Shown piece after piece: positions 8,489 to 18,500 of a stretch of 35,329 bases of DNA. The number at the start of each line of letters is the position of its first letter. Within the stretch, counting starts at the first letter, position 1. The stretch spans positions 1 through 35,329 of the forward strand of contig JBBQXJ010000050.1 of the NCBI GenBank assembly GCA_038209745.1. The letters are read 5' to 3'. Both the position numbers and the translations under genes were made by a program. The DNA is from Verrucomicrobiota bacterium. Its GTDB lineage: Bacteria > Verrucomicrobiota > Verrucomicrobiia > Limisphaerales > CANJSG01. The notes under the pieces were generated by a model, which saw only the letters and a program-made list of their open reading frames with translations, had not been told where the DNA came from and did not search any database.

Positions 8489-10750
8489 TCACTCCCTCGC
8501 CGTGTTCTCATAGCGGACTCCCTCGGGCACGGGAACCGCCACCGGAACGGTGGTCCCGTGGCGACCTTCCGTGAGACGCGACGCGTCGACCGCCACGAAC
8601 GCGGTGAAGGCCGACATCAAATCGTAGTCGAGCGCGAGCTGCTTGATCTGCCGGCTGTAGAACCAGCTGTTTTCGCGAGTGCCCTCGCGGGCAAGGTGGC
8701 CGATCTTCATGCGGGCCCAGACGCTGGGCAGCGCTTCGTGGCCGGCGGCCGTGTTGTCGAGGTCGACGGGCAGATCCAGCGTCAGCTTGCGCTCGGCGCT
8801 GCGGCCCTTGATGTTAATCTTTCTTCCGCCGCCTCCCTTGAAACGCCCGGTCAAGATCACCGGGCGGCCCACGAAGAGATCGGGCACCTTCTTCGGGAAA
8901 ACCTCCTCCACGTCCATCCCGTCCCAGTCGATCGTCACGTCGGTCAAGGCCGGGTGGCTGATGCGGTCGAAGAACCCATTCATCACGGAGGCCGCGTCGT
9001 CGTGCAGCCCGAGATACGCGACGGCCCCGCGCCCCAGCTTGGCCATGCTGTCCATCAGGTAGCGGTTCACCGCCGAGCCGACGCCGAAGCTGGAGATCCG
9101 GGAGTCGCCGAGCCGCTGGTCGATCTCCTTGAGGATCTCCACTTCGTTCCCGATGTAGCCGTCGGTCAGGAAACAGACGAAGCGCAGCCGGCGCGGATCA
9201 TGGGGAAAGTTCAACGCCGCTTTGATCCCTTCGATCATCATGGTGCCGCCGTCGCTGTTCAGCCGGCCCAGATAGGAAAGTCCGCGCCGGATGTTGTTCG
9301 GGGTCGCGGCCAGCGGTGCGCCGCCGAGCTGCGAAGCCCGATTGGAGAAGTTGATGATCTGGAAGGTGTCGTCCGGATCGAGACGGTTGAGCGCGCTCGC
9401 GATGGCGGCCTTGGCTTGGGCCAGCGGTTCGCCGTTCATGCTCCCGGAACAATCCAGCACGAAGACCAGTTCCAGCGCCTGCCGATGCAATCGCTCCAGC
9501 GTGGCCGGAGGCTGGAGCATCAGCGTGAAATAGCCGCCGCGTTCGTCGTGATGCGTGAGCATGCTGGATTGGATCGCGTCGCCGGCCAGCCTGTAGCGCA
9601 GAACGAAGTCCCTGTTCGGCACGGTGTCCGAGGGACTGAGCGTGACAACTGTGTGGCCGGGTCCCTTTGCCGTCTGTTCGATGCGGTGGGTCTTGCAGAC
9701 GAGTTCCTGGATCTCCATGCCGGCGTCGAGATCGACCTTCAAGGCGATGTCATGACCGCTGCGCTCGCCGGGCGCGAGGGAGGAGACTTCCGTCGGCTGA
9801 CCCGACCCGCCCGATGCGCCCCGTGCGACGGCCCCGACCCCTTTGGCCGAGCCGGGCGGGTTGAAGCGCGGGCCGACCACCATCGGAAAGACGAACTCAT
9901 ACCAGCCGTCTTCCTGCCGCAAGGTGTTGAAGTAGCGGAGAGTGACGTCGATGTCGTGGCCGGGTTCGATGTTGGCCACGGCTTGGGTGAAGATGTTTGG
10001 CCGATTCTGCGTGAGGAGCGACGCGGTGTAGCCTTGGGCTTTGGCGTCGGCGTAGATCTTCTCCGCCTCTTCCTTTTCCCGGATCACGCCGCGGATCTTC
10101 CGCGAGCCGATGGTCATGACGAACTCGTTGACGGCGGCGTTCTCCGGCAGAGGGAAGACGTAGAGCGCCTCGATCTTGCCGTCGTAGGGATTGTGGAACT
10201 GCTGGGTGACGCGGACGCTGCCGATGGAGCCGCAGATGCTGGCCTGCACGTCGGTGTGCTTCAGCGGCAACGCGACCTCGCGCTCCTCGTATCGCGTCAT
10301 CAACGAGCCCGAGCGCGGGATGTCGTCGTCGGAAACGGCGGAAGATTTGGGGTAGCGGGAAATGACCCAGAGCTCTTCGTCGGGAGAGGGGAAGGAGCCT
10401 TCGGGAGCCTCGGAAAGTGTAATATTGCCCAGACTTCGGCCGAACGTTTGGGGAGCATTCCAAGGCCGAGCGAACTCGGATCCACCGTAGGGCAGAGGTG
10501 GCAGCCCGTTCGGAGATTTGGAGCAGCCGGACCACCACAAAACCATCGCAGCAGCAGCGAGCAGCCCCAACCAACGAGCGGGCGACCCACCGCTGGTCCC
10601 TACCAGGAGGGGAATAATCAACCGACAAAGACCGCTCTCCGGCGCTTCGCGACTTCCCCTCCTGGGACGGGTCGGGGGTGGGTCGGCGTTGAAACCATTG
10701 GCGTTTTCTTCCGCCGCTCTGCGGCTGGGTTCTGTTCCTCGTGGCTTCAT
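8489..10750 (-). CDS. VIT + vWA domain protein, probable lipoprotein
   Basis: VIT (LPLKHTDV..FPLPENAAV), MIDAS DCSGS, LTDG; hydrophobic stretch ending WSGC; AGAGGA RBS before ATG 10750. Confidence 0.88.
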   Translation of the reverse strand: MKPRGTEPSRRAAEENANGFNADPPPTRPRRGSREAPESGLCRLIIPLLVGTSGGSPARWLGLLAAAAMVLWWSGCSKSPNGLPPLPYGGSEFARPWNAPQTFGRSLGNITLSEAPEGSFPSPDEELWVISRYPKSSAVSDDDIPRSGSLMTRYEEREVALPLKHTDVQASICGSIGSVRVTQQFHNPYDGKIEALYVFPLPENAAVNEFVMTIGSRKIRGVIREKEEAEKIYADAKAQGYTASLLTQNRPNIFTQAVANIEPGHDIDVTLRYFNTLRQEDGWYEFVFPMVVGPRFNPPGSAKGVGAVARGASGGSGQPTEVSSLAPGERSGHDIALKVDLDAGMEIQELVCKTHRIEQTAKGPGHTVVTLSPSDTVPNRDFVLRYRLAGDAIQSSMLTHHDERGGYFTLMLQPPATLERLHRQALELVFVLDCSGSMNGEPLAQAKAAIASALNRLDPDDTFQIINFSNRASQLGGAPLAATPNNIRRGLSYLGRLNSDGGTMMIEGIKAALNFPHDPRRLRFVCFLTDGYIGNEVEILKEIDQRLGDSRISSFGVGSAVNRYLMDSMAKLGRGAVAYLGLHDDAASVMNGFFDRISHPALTDVTIDWDGMDVEEVFPKKVPDLFVGRPVILTGRFKGGGGRKINIKGRSAERKLTLDLPVDLDNTAAGHEALPSVWARMKIGHLAREGTRENSWFYSRQIKQLALDYDLMSAFTAFVAVDASRLTEGRHGTTVPVAVPVPEGVRYENTARE
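10583..10685. repeat. Inverted repeat element in 5' part of the VIT-vWA CDS
   Basis: 32-bp arms 10583-10614 and 10654-10685, 26/32 complementary. Confidence 0.75.
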
Positions 10751-10757
10751 GGTTCCT

Positions 10758-11321
10758 CTACGGGTTCTCATCGGGCGTCTTCTCCTTGGCGTCGGCGGTG
10801 GCGGTGATCTTGGTGCCATCCACGGTGGCAGCGGTGGCCAGCGTGACGGAAAACTTGGGCTCGGTCTTGCCGGTCACCCGAAGGTGAATCGTGGCGATAC
10901 GGGTCCGGCCGTGGGGCAACTTGGTAGCCGGCTTCGTGCTGAAGGCGGCAAGAACGACGTGGTCCTTCTGCATCGCCTTCGGATCGTAGTGCGGTGGCTC
11001 GCTGAAGGCCGGGCTGTCGCCGCCTTCGATGCCGGCGATCTTCACCTCGCCCTGGGTGGCCTTGACCGTGAGTTGATAGGCGGCAAGGGGCGCGGAACCG
11101 GAATCAATGAAGACCTCCAGCGTCATGAAGCGCGGGCCTTTGTCGCTGGTCGTGCGCCAGTCCTCGGCGGCATGGGCGGTGTCGAACGACGTGTGAAAGA
11201 ACATGGCAAGGACCGCGGCCAATAACGTGGTGAACTTGGCCGGGTCGAAGAGCGAGCGTCCGTAGATGTTGGCGGTGGAGCACCGCCGCAGTCCAAAAGC
11301 GTCGCCAAATTCGCGGTTCAT
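10758..11321 (-). CDS. Secreted beta-rich protein, possibly cohesin-like
   Basis: ATGA overlap with upstream stop; signal-like LLAAVLAMFF..AHA; beta-strand pattern LEVFIDSGSAPLAAYQLTV..TRIATIHLRV. Fold call is inference. Confidence 0.7.
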   Translation of the reverse strand: MNREFGDAFGLRRCSTANIYGRSLFDPAKFTTLLAAVLAMFFHTSFDTAHAAEDWRTTSDKGPRFMTLEVFIDSGSAPLAAYQLTVKATQGEVKIAGIEGGDSPAFSEPPHYDPKAMQKDHVVLAAFSTKPATKLPHGRTRIATIHLRVTGKTEPKFSVTLATAATVDGTKITATADAKEKTPDENP

Positions 11322-11878
11322 ATCCCGGTGGGCAGGCGCACGGCCTGGTTGGCGGCGAAGTCCACATCGCGCTGATCCACGCGGCCGTCGCCGTTGAGAT
11401 CGAACTCGGGCCCGGCCGTTCCCGCCGCCAGTTTTCGGGCCAGGAGGAAGGCATCGAGCACATCGACTTGTCCGCTGTGATCGAGGTCCGCCCGGAGATC
11501 CTGTTGGGTGGTGCGTTCCCAAGGACGGAGCAGGAACAACCCAATGACCAGCGCGGCTGCTGCGGCCAACCAAGGGTAGGGCGACGCCTCCCGGCGAGCC
11601 GCCTGGGGGCGAACAATCTTGAGGGTGGCTTCTCCGGCATCTTCAAAACGCCTGGAAGTCGCCGGAGTTGCTGCCTCGGTGATTGAACGCCCCAAGGGCG
11701 GCTCGGCGGGCGCCGTCGCCCTACCGCCCTCTCGCAGGAGATGATCGGCAGCCGCCTTGGTGATGGCCTCGTCGATGGAAGACGGAACGACGATTCGGGG
11801 CCGGCTTAGGGACCGCAACGCCTCGGCCAGCTTCGGCGGAAGCTCGGGCTCGGGCTGGTTTTCGGGATCTGGCTTCAT
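11318..11878 (-). CDS. Putative anti-sigma factor with C-terminal dockerin/EF-hand-like domain
   Basis: Follows ECF sigma; single TM; paired Ca-loops DLDHSGQVDVLD and DLNGDGRVDQRD. Confidence 0.78.
   Translation of the reverse strand: MKPDPENQPEPELPPKLAEALRSLSRPRIVVPSSIDEAITKAAADHLLREGGRATAPAEPPLGRSITEAATPATSRRFEDAGEATLKIVRPQAARREASPYPWLAAAAALVIGLFLLRPWERTTQQDLRADLDHSGQVDVLDAFLLARKLAAGTAGPEFDLNGDGRVDQRDVDFAANQAVRLPTGI
11575..11725. repeat. GTAG REP doublet inside the anti-sigma CDS
   Basis: 29-bp arms 11575-11603 and 11697-11725, 26/29 complementary, both starting GGTAG. Confidence 0.85.
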
Positions 11879-11889
11879 CGTCGTCGTAG

Positions 11890-11922
11890 GTTCAGCACTT
11901 CAGCGGGGAAAAAGGTTCACGG
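11890..11922 (-). promoter_or_regulatory. Putative ECF promoter for the anti-sigma gene
   Basis: CCGTGAACC-N17-GCTGAAC; same motif and spacing as 12525-12557. Confidence 0.6.
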
Positions 11923-12522
11923 CTCAAAGAAGCGGCGGGTGCGAGGATCCTCGCGCAGCATCCGGACCCCGTTGTGCAGCCGGGATTTTACCGTGCCGAG
12001 AGGGACCTCCAGCGCTTCGGCTATTTCGGCGAGACTCAGTCCGTCCACATGGCGCAGCCAGAGGGTTTCCCGATGCTCCTCCGGCAGGCCGGCCATGACG
12101 GTGGCCAGTTCGGCGAGTCGGGATTCCGATGGCTGGGCGGATGCAGGTTCTTCCGCAGCGACGGAATTGAGCGTCTCTGGATCGACCGAGTTCAGGCGAA
12201 CGATCTTGCGTCGGACGTTCAGGGAAAGGCTGCGGACCACGGGGTAGAGAAAGGTCCGGAACTGGCAGGAGAGCTCGAAGCCGGGGAACTTCTTCAGCAC
12301 ATAGAGGAAAGTTTCCTGCAACACGTCGAGCGCCAGATCGGGATCGCCGGTGAAACGATGGGACAAGGCGACCGCCCAGTCCCGATGCCGCTGGTAGAGA
12401 GCCTCAAACGCAGCCGGATCGCCGGCGTTGATCGCGGCGATGAGCGACTGATCGGTGGCTGTCTCTGCGGCGTCCGTCGGCAATGTCGGGATGCTGGGCC
12501 GGTCAGGTTGAGCGGCCAACAT
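11917..12522 (-). CDS. ECF sigma-70 factor
   Basis: GDPAAFEALY, ALDVLQETF, FRTFLY, GLSLAEIAEALEVPLGTVKSRL; start uncertain. Confidence 0.9.
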   Translation of the reverse strand: MLAAQPDRPSIPTLPTDAAETATDQSLIAAINAGDPAAFEALYQRHRDWAVALSHRFTGDPDLALDVLQETFLYVLKKFPGFELSCQFRTFLYPVVRSLSLNVRRKIVRLNSVDPETLNSVAAEEPASAQPSESRLAELATVMAGLPEEHRETLWLRHVDGLSLAEIAEALEVPLGTVKSRLHNGVRMLREDPRTRRFFEP

Positions 12523-12524
12523 CT

Positions 12525-12557
12525 GTTTAGCCAACGGGACGGAGGAAAGGTTCACGG
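12525..12557 (-). promoter_or_regulatory. Putative autoregulated ECF promoter
   Basis: CCGTGAACC-N17-GCTAAAC just upstream of the sigma gene. Confidence 0.6.
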
Positions 12558-12559
12558 TA

Positions 12560-13140
12560 ATTCGCGAGGCAAATGTAGCCGGCGAGTCTGGAGCGGAGGG
12601 GTTCGCGGATTTCGGGAAGCGAGTCATTGGGGAAGGGGTCGGGCAGGAGGGCCAGGAGGGCCAGGAGGGCGTTGCGGATGAGGGCGGGGTTGGCCAGCAG
12701 GTTGGGCTTGCGACTGCGGGAGCGGTCCACGCCCATGGGCGTGGCGCGGGGCCAGTGGTTGCGATTCTCCACGCCGCCCCGGTGGCCGCAGATCAGGACT
12801 CTCGACGGTGGCTTGACCCATCCGGCCACGCCCAGGGCCTAAGAGGCCAGGTTGGGCGATGCCCCCTTGGGCGCGAGGACCAGGAACCGTCGATTCTGGA
12901 CGACCCGCTTGAGGCGCTCCACCCGCAGGGAAGCGGTCTCCAGACCCACAGCGCCACGACCCGCCCGTCGAACTCGACGACCTGACGGAGGCGATCACCG
13001 ACCGGGTGGCCCGCGCCCGGAGAATGGTGCGTTGCCCGTTGAGGGAAGAACCACCCGGTCTCCTCCGGGCCCGAAACCCGCACGTTGCTTGCCAGCCGGG
13101 TCGTCGTTGGATCCGCGTCCCATGCTTTCATCCCACCCCG
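12560..13140 (-). pseudogene. Internally deleted ISAs1-family transposase remnant with DUF4338-like N-terminus
   Basis: THHSPGAGHPVGDRLRQVV and VVQNRRFLVL..PNLAS*ALG (DUF4338-like, frameshift, stop) joined to GGVENRNHW..DRSRSRKPNLLANPALIRNALL (ISAs1 C-terminus). Confidence 0.75.
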
Positions 13141-13301
13141 CCGAACCGAAAAAGTGCGTTCGAGTTCAGCCAAATCTCCCCGCCTTGTGGCTCAGCGTCT
13201 TCGGCCGTAGGAAAAAAGAACCCTGTAGCAAACTCGCCCCTCTCCGAGTTTTTGCTCGCCAAGCCTACCGGTCCCGGGCAAATACCCTGCCTTTTTGAAC
13301 G

Positions 13302-14843
13302 ATGAACGAGCAAATCGTCATTCTTGATTTCGGGTCGCAATACACCCAAGTCATCGCCCGGCGCATCCGTGAGTGCAACGTCTACTCGACGATCGTGCGC
13401 TACGACACCCCTGCCGCCGAAATCGCCAAACTCAACCCCAAGGGCATCATCCTGTCCGGCGGTCCGAGCAGCGTCTACGCGGAGAACGCCCCGCTGCCCG
13501 ACAAGGCGATCTTCAAGCTCGGCCTGCCCATCCTCGGCGTCTGCTACGGCGTCCAGCTCCTGGCCCACTACCTCGGCGGCAAGGTCGAGAAAGGTCCGAA
13601 GCGCGAATACGGCAAGGGCACGCTGACCGTCACCGACCCGGAATGCGGCCTCTTCAAGCACCTGCCCGCCAAGCTCCAGGTTTGGAACAGCCACGGTGAC
13701 AAGATCACCCGGTTGCCGAAGGACTTCGTCGTCGTCGGCACCACCGAGAATTCCGACTACGCCGCCATCGAGCATCCGAAGCGGAAGATCTTCGGCATCC
13801 AGTTTCATCCCGAGGTCGTCCACACGCCCAAGGGCAAGGAGATCATCTCCAACTTCGTCCACGGCATCTGCGGCTGCGACAAAAGCTGGACCATGCGCAG
13901 CTACCTCGAACAGTCGGTCGAGGAACTCCGCGCGCAGATCGGCAAGGAACACGTCATTCTCGGCCTCTCCGGCGGGGTCGATTCCAGCGTGGCCGCCGCG
14001 TTGCTCCATCGCGCCATCGGCGACCAGCTCACCTGCATCTTCGTGAACAACGGCCTCCTCCGCTCCCGCGAAGCCGAGGCCGTGCAGGAGGTCTTCGGCC
14101 GCAACTTCAAGATCAAGCTCCAGTATGAGGACGCTTCCGCGCTCTTCCTGAAGAAGCTGAAGAAGGTCACCGATCCGGAGAAGAAGCGGAAGGTCATCGG
14201 CAAGACCTTCATCGACGTCTTCCAGTCCGCCACCAAACGCGCCGGCAAGGCCAAGTTCCTCGCCCAGGGCACGCTCTATCCCGACGTGATCGAGTCCGTC
14301 CCCATCGACGGCAACCCCGCCTCGATGATCAAGAGCCACCACAACGTGGGCGGCCTGCCGAAGAACATGAAGTTCGCGCTGGTCGAGCCCTTGAAATGCC
14401 TCTTCAAGGACGAGGTCCGGCTTCTCGGCCTGGAACTCGGACTGCCCAAGGAAATCGTCTATCGCCAGCCCTTCCCCGGCCCCGGACTCGCCGTCCGCAT
14501 CCTCGGCGAAGTGAGCGAGGAGAAGTGCGCCATCCTCCGCAACGCCGACGCCATAGTCGTCGAGGAGATGAAGGAGTGCGGCCTCTACTACAAGACGTGG
14601 CAGACCTTCGCCGTGCTGCTGCCCGTGCGCAGCGTCGGCGTGCAGGGCGACGAGCGCACCTACGACTTCACCGTCGCCCTCCGCGCCGTGGAATCGCAGG
14701 ACGGCATGACCGCCGACTGGGTCCGCCTGCCCTACGACCTGCTGGAGAAGATCTCCCTCCGCATCACCAACGAGGTGAAGGGCGTCAACCGCGTCGTCTT
14801 CGACCTCACCAGCAAGCCGCCCGGCACGATCGAGTGGGAGTGA
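13302..14843 (+). CDS. guaA: GMP synthase (glutamine-hydrolysing)
   Basis: [44 protein letters not shown]. Confidence 0.98.
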   Translation: MNEQIVILDFGSQYTQVIARRIRECNVYSTIVRYDTPAAEIAKLNPKGIILSGGPSSVYAENAPLPDKAIFKLGLPILGVCYGVQLLAHYLGGKVEKGPKREYGKGTLTVTDPECGLFKHLPAKLQVWNSHGDKITRLPKDFVVVGTTENSDYAAIEHPKRKIFGIQFHPEVVHTPKGKEIISNFVHGICGCDKSWTMRSYLEQSVEELRAQIGKEHVILGLSGGVDSSVAAALLHRAIGDQLTCIFVNNGLLRSREAEAVQEVFGRNFKIKLQYEDASALFLKKLKKVTDPEKKRKVIGKTFIDVFQSATKRAGKAKFLAQGTLYPDVIESVPIDGNPASMIKSHHNVGGLPKNMKFALVEPLKCLFKDEVRLLGLELGLPKEIVYRQPFPGPGLAVRILGEVSEEKCAILRNADAIVVEEMKECGLYYKTWQTFAVLLPVRSVGVQGDERTYDFTVALRAVESQDGMTADWVRLPYDLLEKISLRITNEVKGVNRVVFDLTSKPPGTIEWE

Positions 14844-15040
14844 GTTTTCCAACCTTCTTCGAGAACCTAAAAGCCTTCCGCGCCTGGCTGGATTCCAGCG
14901 CGTTCTCGAAGACGGAGTTGCTGGTGGGCTTCCGCAAGGTCGGCTCCGGCCTTGCGCGCCTTTCCTGATCCGACTCCGACGGATGAAGCCCTCTGCTTCG
15001 GCTGGATCACCGGCGTGCGCCGCAGGAGCGCGGACGGTCA
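14840..15040 (+). pseudogene. YdeI/OmdA-family fragment
   Basis: FRAWL..ELLVGFRKVGSG, then TGA at a usual Trp and a +1 frameshift into DEALCFGWITGVR. Confidence 0.75.
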
Positions 15041-15361
15041 CGTTCGCGAGGCCGCGTCCGGAGGGCTAGAGCGGCTCAAAAAATTCCTTGGCCGCCTTTT
15101 CAAGGCCACAGGCCTCGAACGTGAATAGCTCCGGGTGCAACCGGTAGACACCCGCTTGGTTTCCGCTACCGCCTCGGCCTCCACGGCGGCCGCCAGACCC
15201 ACCAACCGCCGCGCTGTGGGGTCGTCGGCCGCTTGTCCCAGAGATTGGAGAACGGCCGAACCCCCAGCGCGCTCCAAACCACGTTGGCCGGGTCGGCATC
15301 GGTTACACGCATAGGGCCAAGCGGGGCCCCAGCGGACGAAGATCCACAGACCGTCGGACGA

Positions 15362-16708
15362 TCAACGACTGGACTCGAACAAGAGATACGCCGGGCTCTC
15401 GGAGACGGTCACTTTCACCGAGCCATCCGGAGACTGCGCCGCATCGGATGCGGCAGCTTCTCCGGCGCGCAACGGCATCGCTTCGGCGCGGGCCAGCTTT
15501 CCCGGGACGTTCGGCAGAACCACGGCTGCACTTCGGCCTTCACCGGTTGGCGACCAGACCGCCCAGACCCGCTTCATCGGCGAATTTTCCAGCCGGTATT
15601 CCTGCACGCGCAATGTGCCGGAAACGTTCGTCACCACGTGGTCGAACCGGTAGGCGCCCAGCGTCCTCTGCAGATGCGCCATCGCATGGAAGGAAGGTTT
15701 CGGTACGAAGTTCCGGGTCAGGCCGGAGCTCCCGTGAAGCTGTGGTTCGTCCGAATCGTTGAAGAAGTAGACGTAGGCGCGCTCCACCGGCATCGCCGAG
15801 AAGACCAGCACCGAGCGCACGAGCCATTGGGCCTGCTGCGTGTCGGTCACGCCGACCCATTTCGCGAAATCACCGGTCGGCTTGGGTGGCTTCGTGGTGC
15901 TGTCGTAGCCGAACTCCGTCACCCAGACCGGTTTTCCGGCGGCGTGCTGGTCGCGCCAATGGCAGAGCGCCTCGACGTCCTTGAGATACTTCGGCAGACG
16001 GGGATCCTCGGGGAAGCTCCGCCGCCACGTCGGCCAATTCTCCAACTGGGCGTAGGTGTGGATGTTCAGCACATCGAACAACTGGGGATGCTTCTCCACG
16101 CAGGCCACGCTCTTGTCGTAGTCGCCGCTCGCCCCGGTCGTCAGGTTGCACGTCGCGATCCTCAGCTTCGGATCCCCTTCGCGGATCCCTTCCGCCATGG
16201 CCCGGAACATCCGCCCGTAGTCCGCATCGCTCCACTTGCCTGGTTCATTGCCGATCTCGACCGCCTCCACCATTTGCCGCTGTCCCGAGGGTCCGAACTC
16301 CTTGGCGAAAGACCGTCCATAGGCGCGCGCGTCCGCTTCAAGGGTGGCCCAGTTCGTCAGCGGAACGGTCGAGAACATCAGCGAAACATCCGTTCTCCAG
16401 CCATTCGTCTTCCACGATCCGTAGACCCCGCTCCAATCCACCCGATTCTTGGCGAAGGGCCATTCCGGCAGAGTGCCCGTGTCCGTCGCCAAGTCCCATT
16501 CTACCGGATGATAATCCCGCACCAGGCCCGCCACCGGACGATACAGTTCGGGTTTGAACAGGATGGTGTGCCCGTTGATCCCGATGAAATCCCGCATCAA
16601 CGGCGTCTTCTCCGCGGCGTCCGCGCCGCCAACAGCACCGAGTCCAATGACCGAAGCCATCACCCACACAGCCGAGCAAAAGTGTCGTCGAAATCTGGGG
16701 AAGGGCAT
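15362..16708 (-). CDS. Secreted glycoside hydrolase, clan GH-A (GH5/GH39-like)
   Basis: EIGNEP acid/base, NIHTY, VWVTEFGY nucleophile; signal peptide; start may be 16660. Confidence 0.8.
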   Translation of the reverse strand: MPFPRFRRHFCSAVWVMASVIGLGAVGGADAAEKTPLMRDFIGINGHTILFKPELYRPVAGLVRDYHPVEWDLATDTGTLPEWPFAKNRVDWSGVYGSWKTNGWRTDVSLMFSTVPLTNWATLEADARAYGRSFAKEFGPSGQRQMVEAVEIGNEPGKWSDADYGRMFRAMAEGIREGDPKLRIATCNLTTGASGDYDKSVACVEKHPQLFDVLNIHTYAQLENWPTWRRSFPEDPRLPKYLKDVEALCHWRDQHAAGKPVWVTEFGYDSTTKPPKPTGDFAKWVGVTDTQQAQWLVRSVLVFSAMPVERAYVYFFNDSDEPQLHGSSGLTRNFVPKPSFHAMAHLQRTLGAYRFDHVVTNVSGTLRVQEYRLENSPMKRVWAVWSPTGEGRSAAVVLPNVPGKLARAEAMPLRAGEAAASDAAQSPDGSVKVTVSESPAYLLFESSR

Positions 16709-16823
16709 CGCTGCGAACCGTATCCGCCAGCCGCCGCCTGTAAACTGCGGACGGTGCTGGTCGCGCCAGCGTCTTGGACTGCGGCGCCGCTGGGTTCAAA
16801 TCGTGGGCGCTGCGAACGATCTA

Positions 16824-17290
16824 TTAGCCGAGGGTCTTACCCGGGAGCAGGTCGGTTTCTGGAGCGTCCACGTTGTCTGTAACTTCAATCCTCGTTTCCG
16901 GCAGATGCCGCGAGTTTTGCTGTGTGAATCCCTTCCCGTTCTTGAGTCGAATGGACGACCCGCCTCGCAGCTTCTTGCCCTTGATGTTCACCAGGTCCCA
17001 TCGTCGGCGCTGACTTTGTCGACGGTCAGGTTGTCCACTTGGCTGACGAGCGCGGCGAAGTGGCCGCCGAGCAACACGGAGAAATCGCGAGGCATGACAT
17101 TGCGGGAATTCTTCAGAGCAATGGTCATGTAGCCTTCGCCGTTCATCGTCGGGTCCAACACTGGGCGGCCATCGGCGGACGCGACGCCGTGGGGGGCGTA
17201 GTCGGTTCCCTCGACCGGATTGGCGACCTCGGTGCCGAAGTCCTGATCCATGTTCCAGCTGTTGTTCTCGGGGAGGTCGTATCGCCCGGC
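16824..17290 (-). pseudogene. Possible orphan gene fragment
   Basis: High-GC3 codon run [26 protein letters not shown], possibly continued in another frame; no clear start. Confidence 0.35.
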
Positions 17291-17516
17291 TTGCTGGAGG
17301 GCAGGAAGTCCCCATGGTCGAGATGGAAAGAAGGTGGATCGGGTGAAGCGCATGGGGGGTCTTCCAGTGGCAGCCGAGCCCTTGTGCCGCCAAACCGATA
17401 AGTCGTGTGCCCAGTGTCTGGAAGAACCGTGCGTTGGCGGGCACACGGCCCGATCTGGGCTCTTTGTTCTGCTTCCAGACAAGGCAGACTCTTGTTGCTT
17501 TACCTCTGCCAATGTC

Positions 17517-18359
17517 ATGAACACAAAAGGATTCCGGGCCCGCACCCAAGGCTTCACTCTCATCGAACTTCTGGTCGTGATCGCCATCATCGCGATCTTG
17601 GCCGGGATGCTTCTGCCCGCGCTGCAGAAGGCCAAGCTGAAGGCGACCGCGGCCTCCGATCTCAGCAACACAAGACAGATCGCGCTGGCCTCGACGATGT
17701 ATAGCTCGGACAACAGCGACCGATTCTCGGCGTATGGCGATGCCGGCGGCTACTGGAGGGGGCCGATGTTGAACAACAACCCCATTCCCCGCGGCAGCAT
17801 GGGCTCCTACTCCGTTGTCCAGCTGGAGAGCGCGGTCCGTGCCGGCTGGCAGGCATCGCCGCTCTTCCCCTATGCGCCGAAAGCCGAGGTCATCCACTGC
17901 CCGGGCGATCTCAGGACGAAGTATCTTCGGCCGGGACAGGGCTGGGCCTTCGACAGCTATTCCCGTTCGGACGTGATCAACGGCGGCGGGTGGAGTGCGC
18001 AGAAGCCCTACACGAAGGCGTCCAATATCAGGGACGCGTCCGACACGTTTCTCTTGATCGAGGAGGCTGATCCCCGTTCCTACAATCTCGGGAGCTGGGT
18101 CATGGACGCGAACCGCAAGTCGGGCCAGATCGGCTGGGTGGATGCTTTTGCGGTCTTCCATGGGAACTTCAGCACCTTCGCCTACATGGACGGTCATTCC
18201 GCCGGACGCCGCTGGAACGACAAGCAGCTGATCAAGGCGGCGACCGATTCCGGCAAGGGCAAGGAATCGTTCTATTTCCCCAACGGCAATTTCAACAACC
18301 AGGACTTCCGGTTCGTCTACAACGGCTTCCGTTGGGACGGTTGGATCCCGGCGCCCTGA
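17517..18359 (+). CDS. Prepilin-type N-terminal cleavage/methylation protein with H-X9-DG motif
   Basis: [43 protein letters not shown]. Confidence 0.92.
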   Translation: MNTKGFRARTQGFTLIELLVVIAIIAILAGMLLPALQKAKLKATAASDLSNTRQIALASTMYSSDNSDRFSAYGDAGGYWRGPMLNNNPIPRGSMGSYSVVQLESAVRAGWQASPLFPYAPKAEVIHCPGDLRTKYLRPGQGWAFDSYSRSDVINGGGWSAQKPYTKASNIRDASDTFLLIEEADPRSYNLGSWVMDANRKSGQIGWVDAFAVFHGNFSTFAYMDGHSAGRRWNDKQLIKAATDSGKGKESFYFPNGNFNNQDFRFVYNGFRWDGWIPAP

Positions 18360-18500
18360 GGAACGCCTCTCCTGTTCCGCCTGCCCAAGACCCACGCGGA
18401 TGCCCGGGCTTTTGTGGTTGTCCGGGTTTAAGGTTTGATGGCAGAAGGTACCCCGTTTCTGCGGTTCAAGATGCCTCTTCATTTCAATTCTCCTCCCGCT

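Noticed and set aside
12793..13131. Druantia defence system
   Set aside because: DUF4338 piece is broken and joined to an ISAs1 C-terminus; no other dru genes.
13226..13256. Riboswitch upstream of guaA
   Set aside because: Only an imperfect hairpin; no purine riboswitch consensus recognised.
14966..14968. TGA recoding in the YdeI-like gene
   Set aside because: A frameshift follows immediately, and TGA is a normal stop elsewhere in the window.
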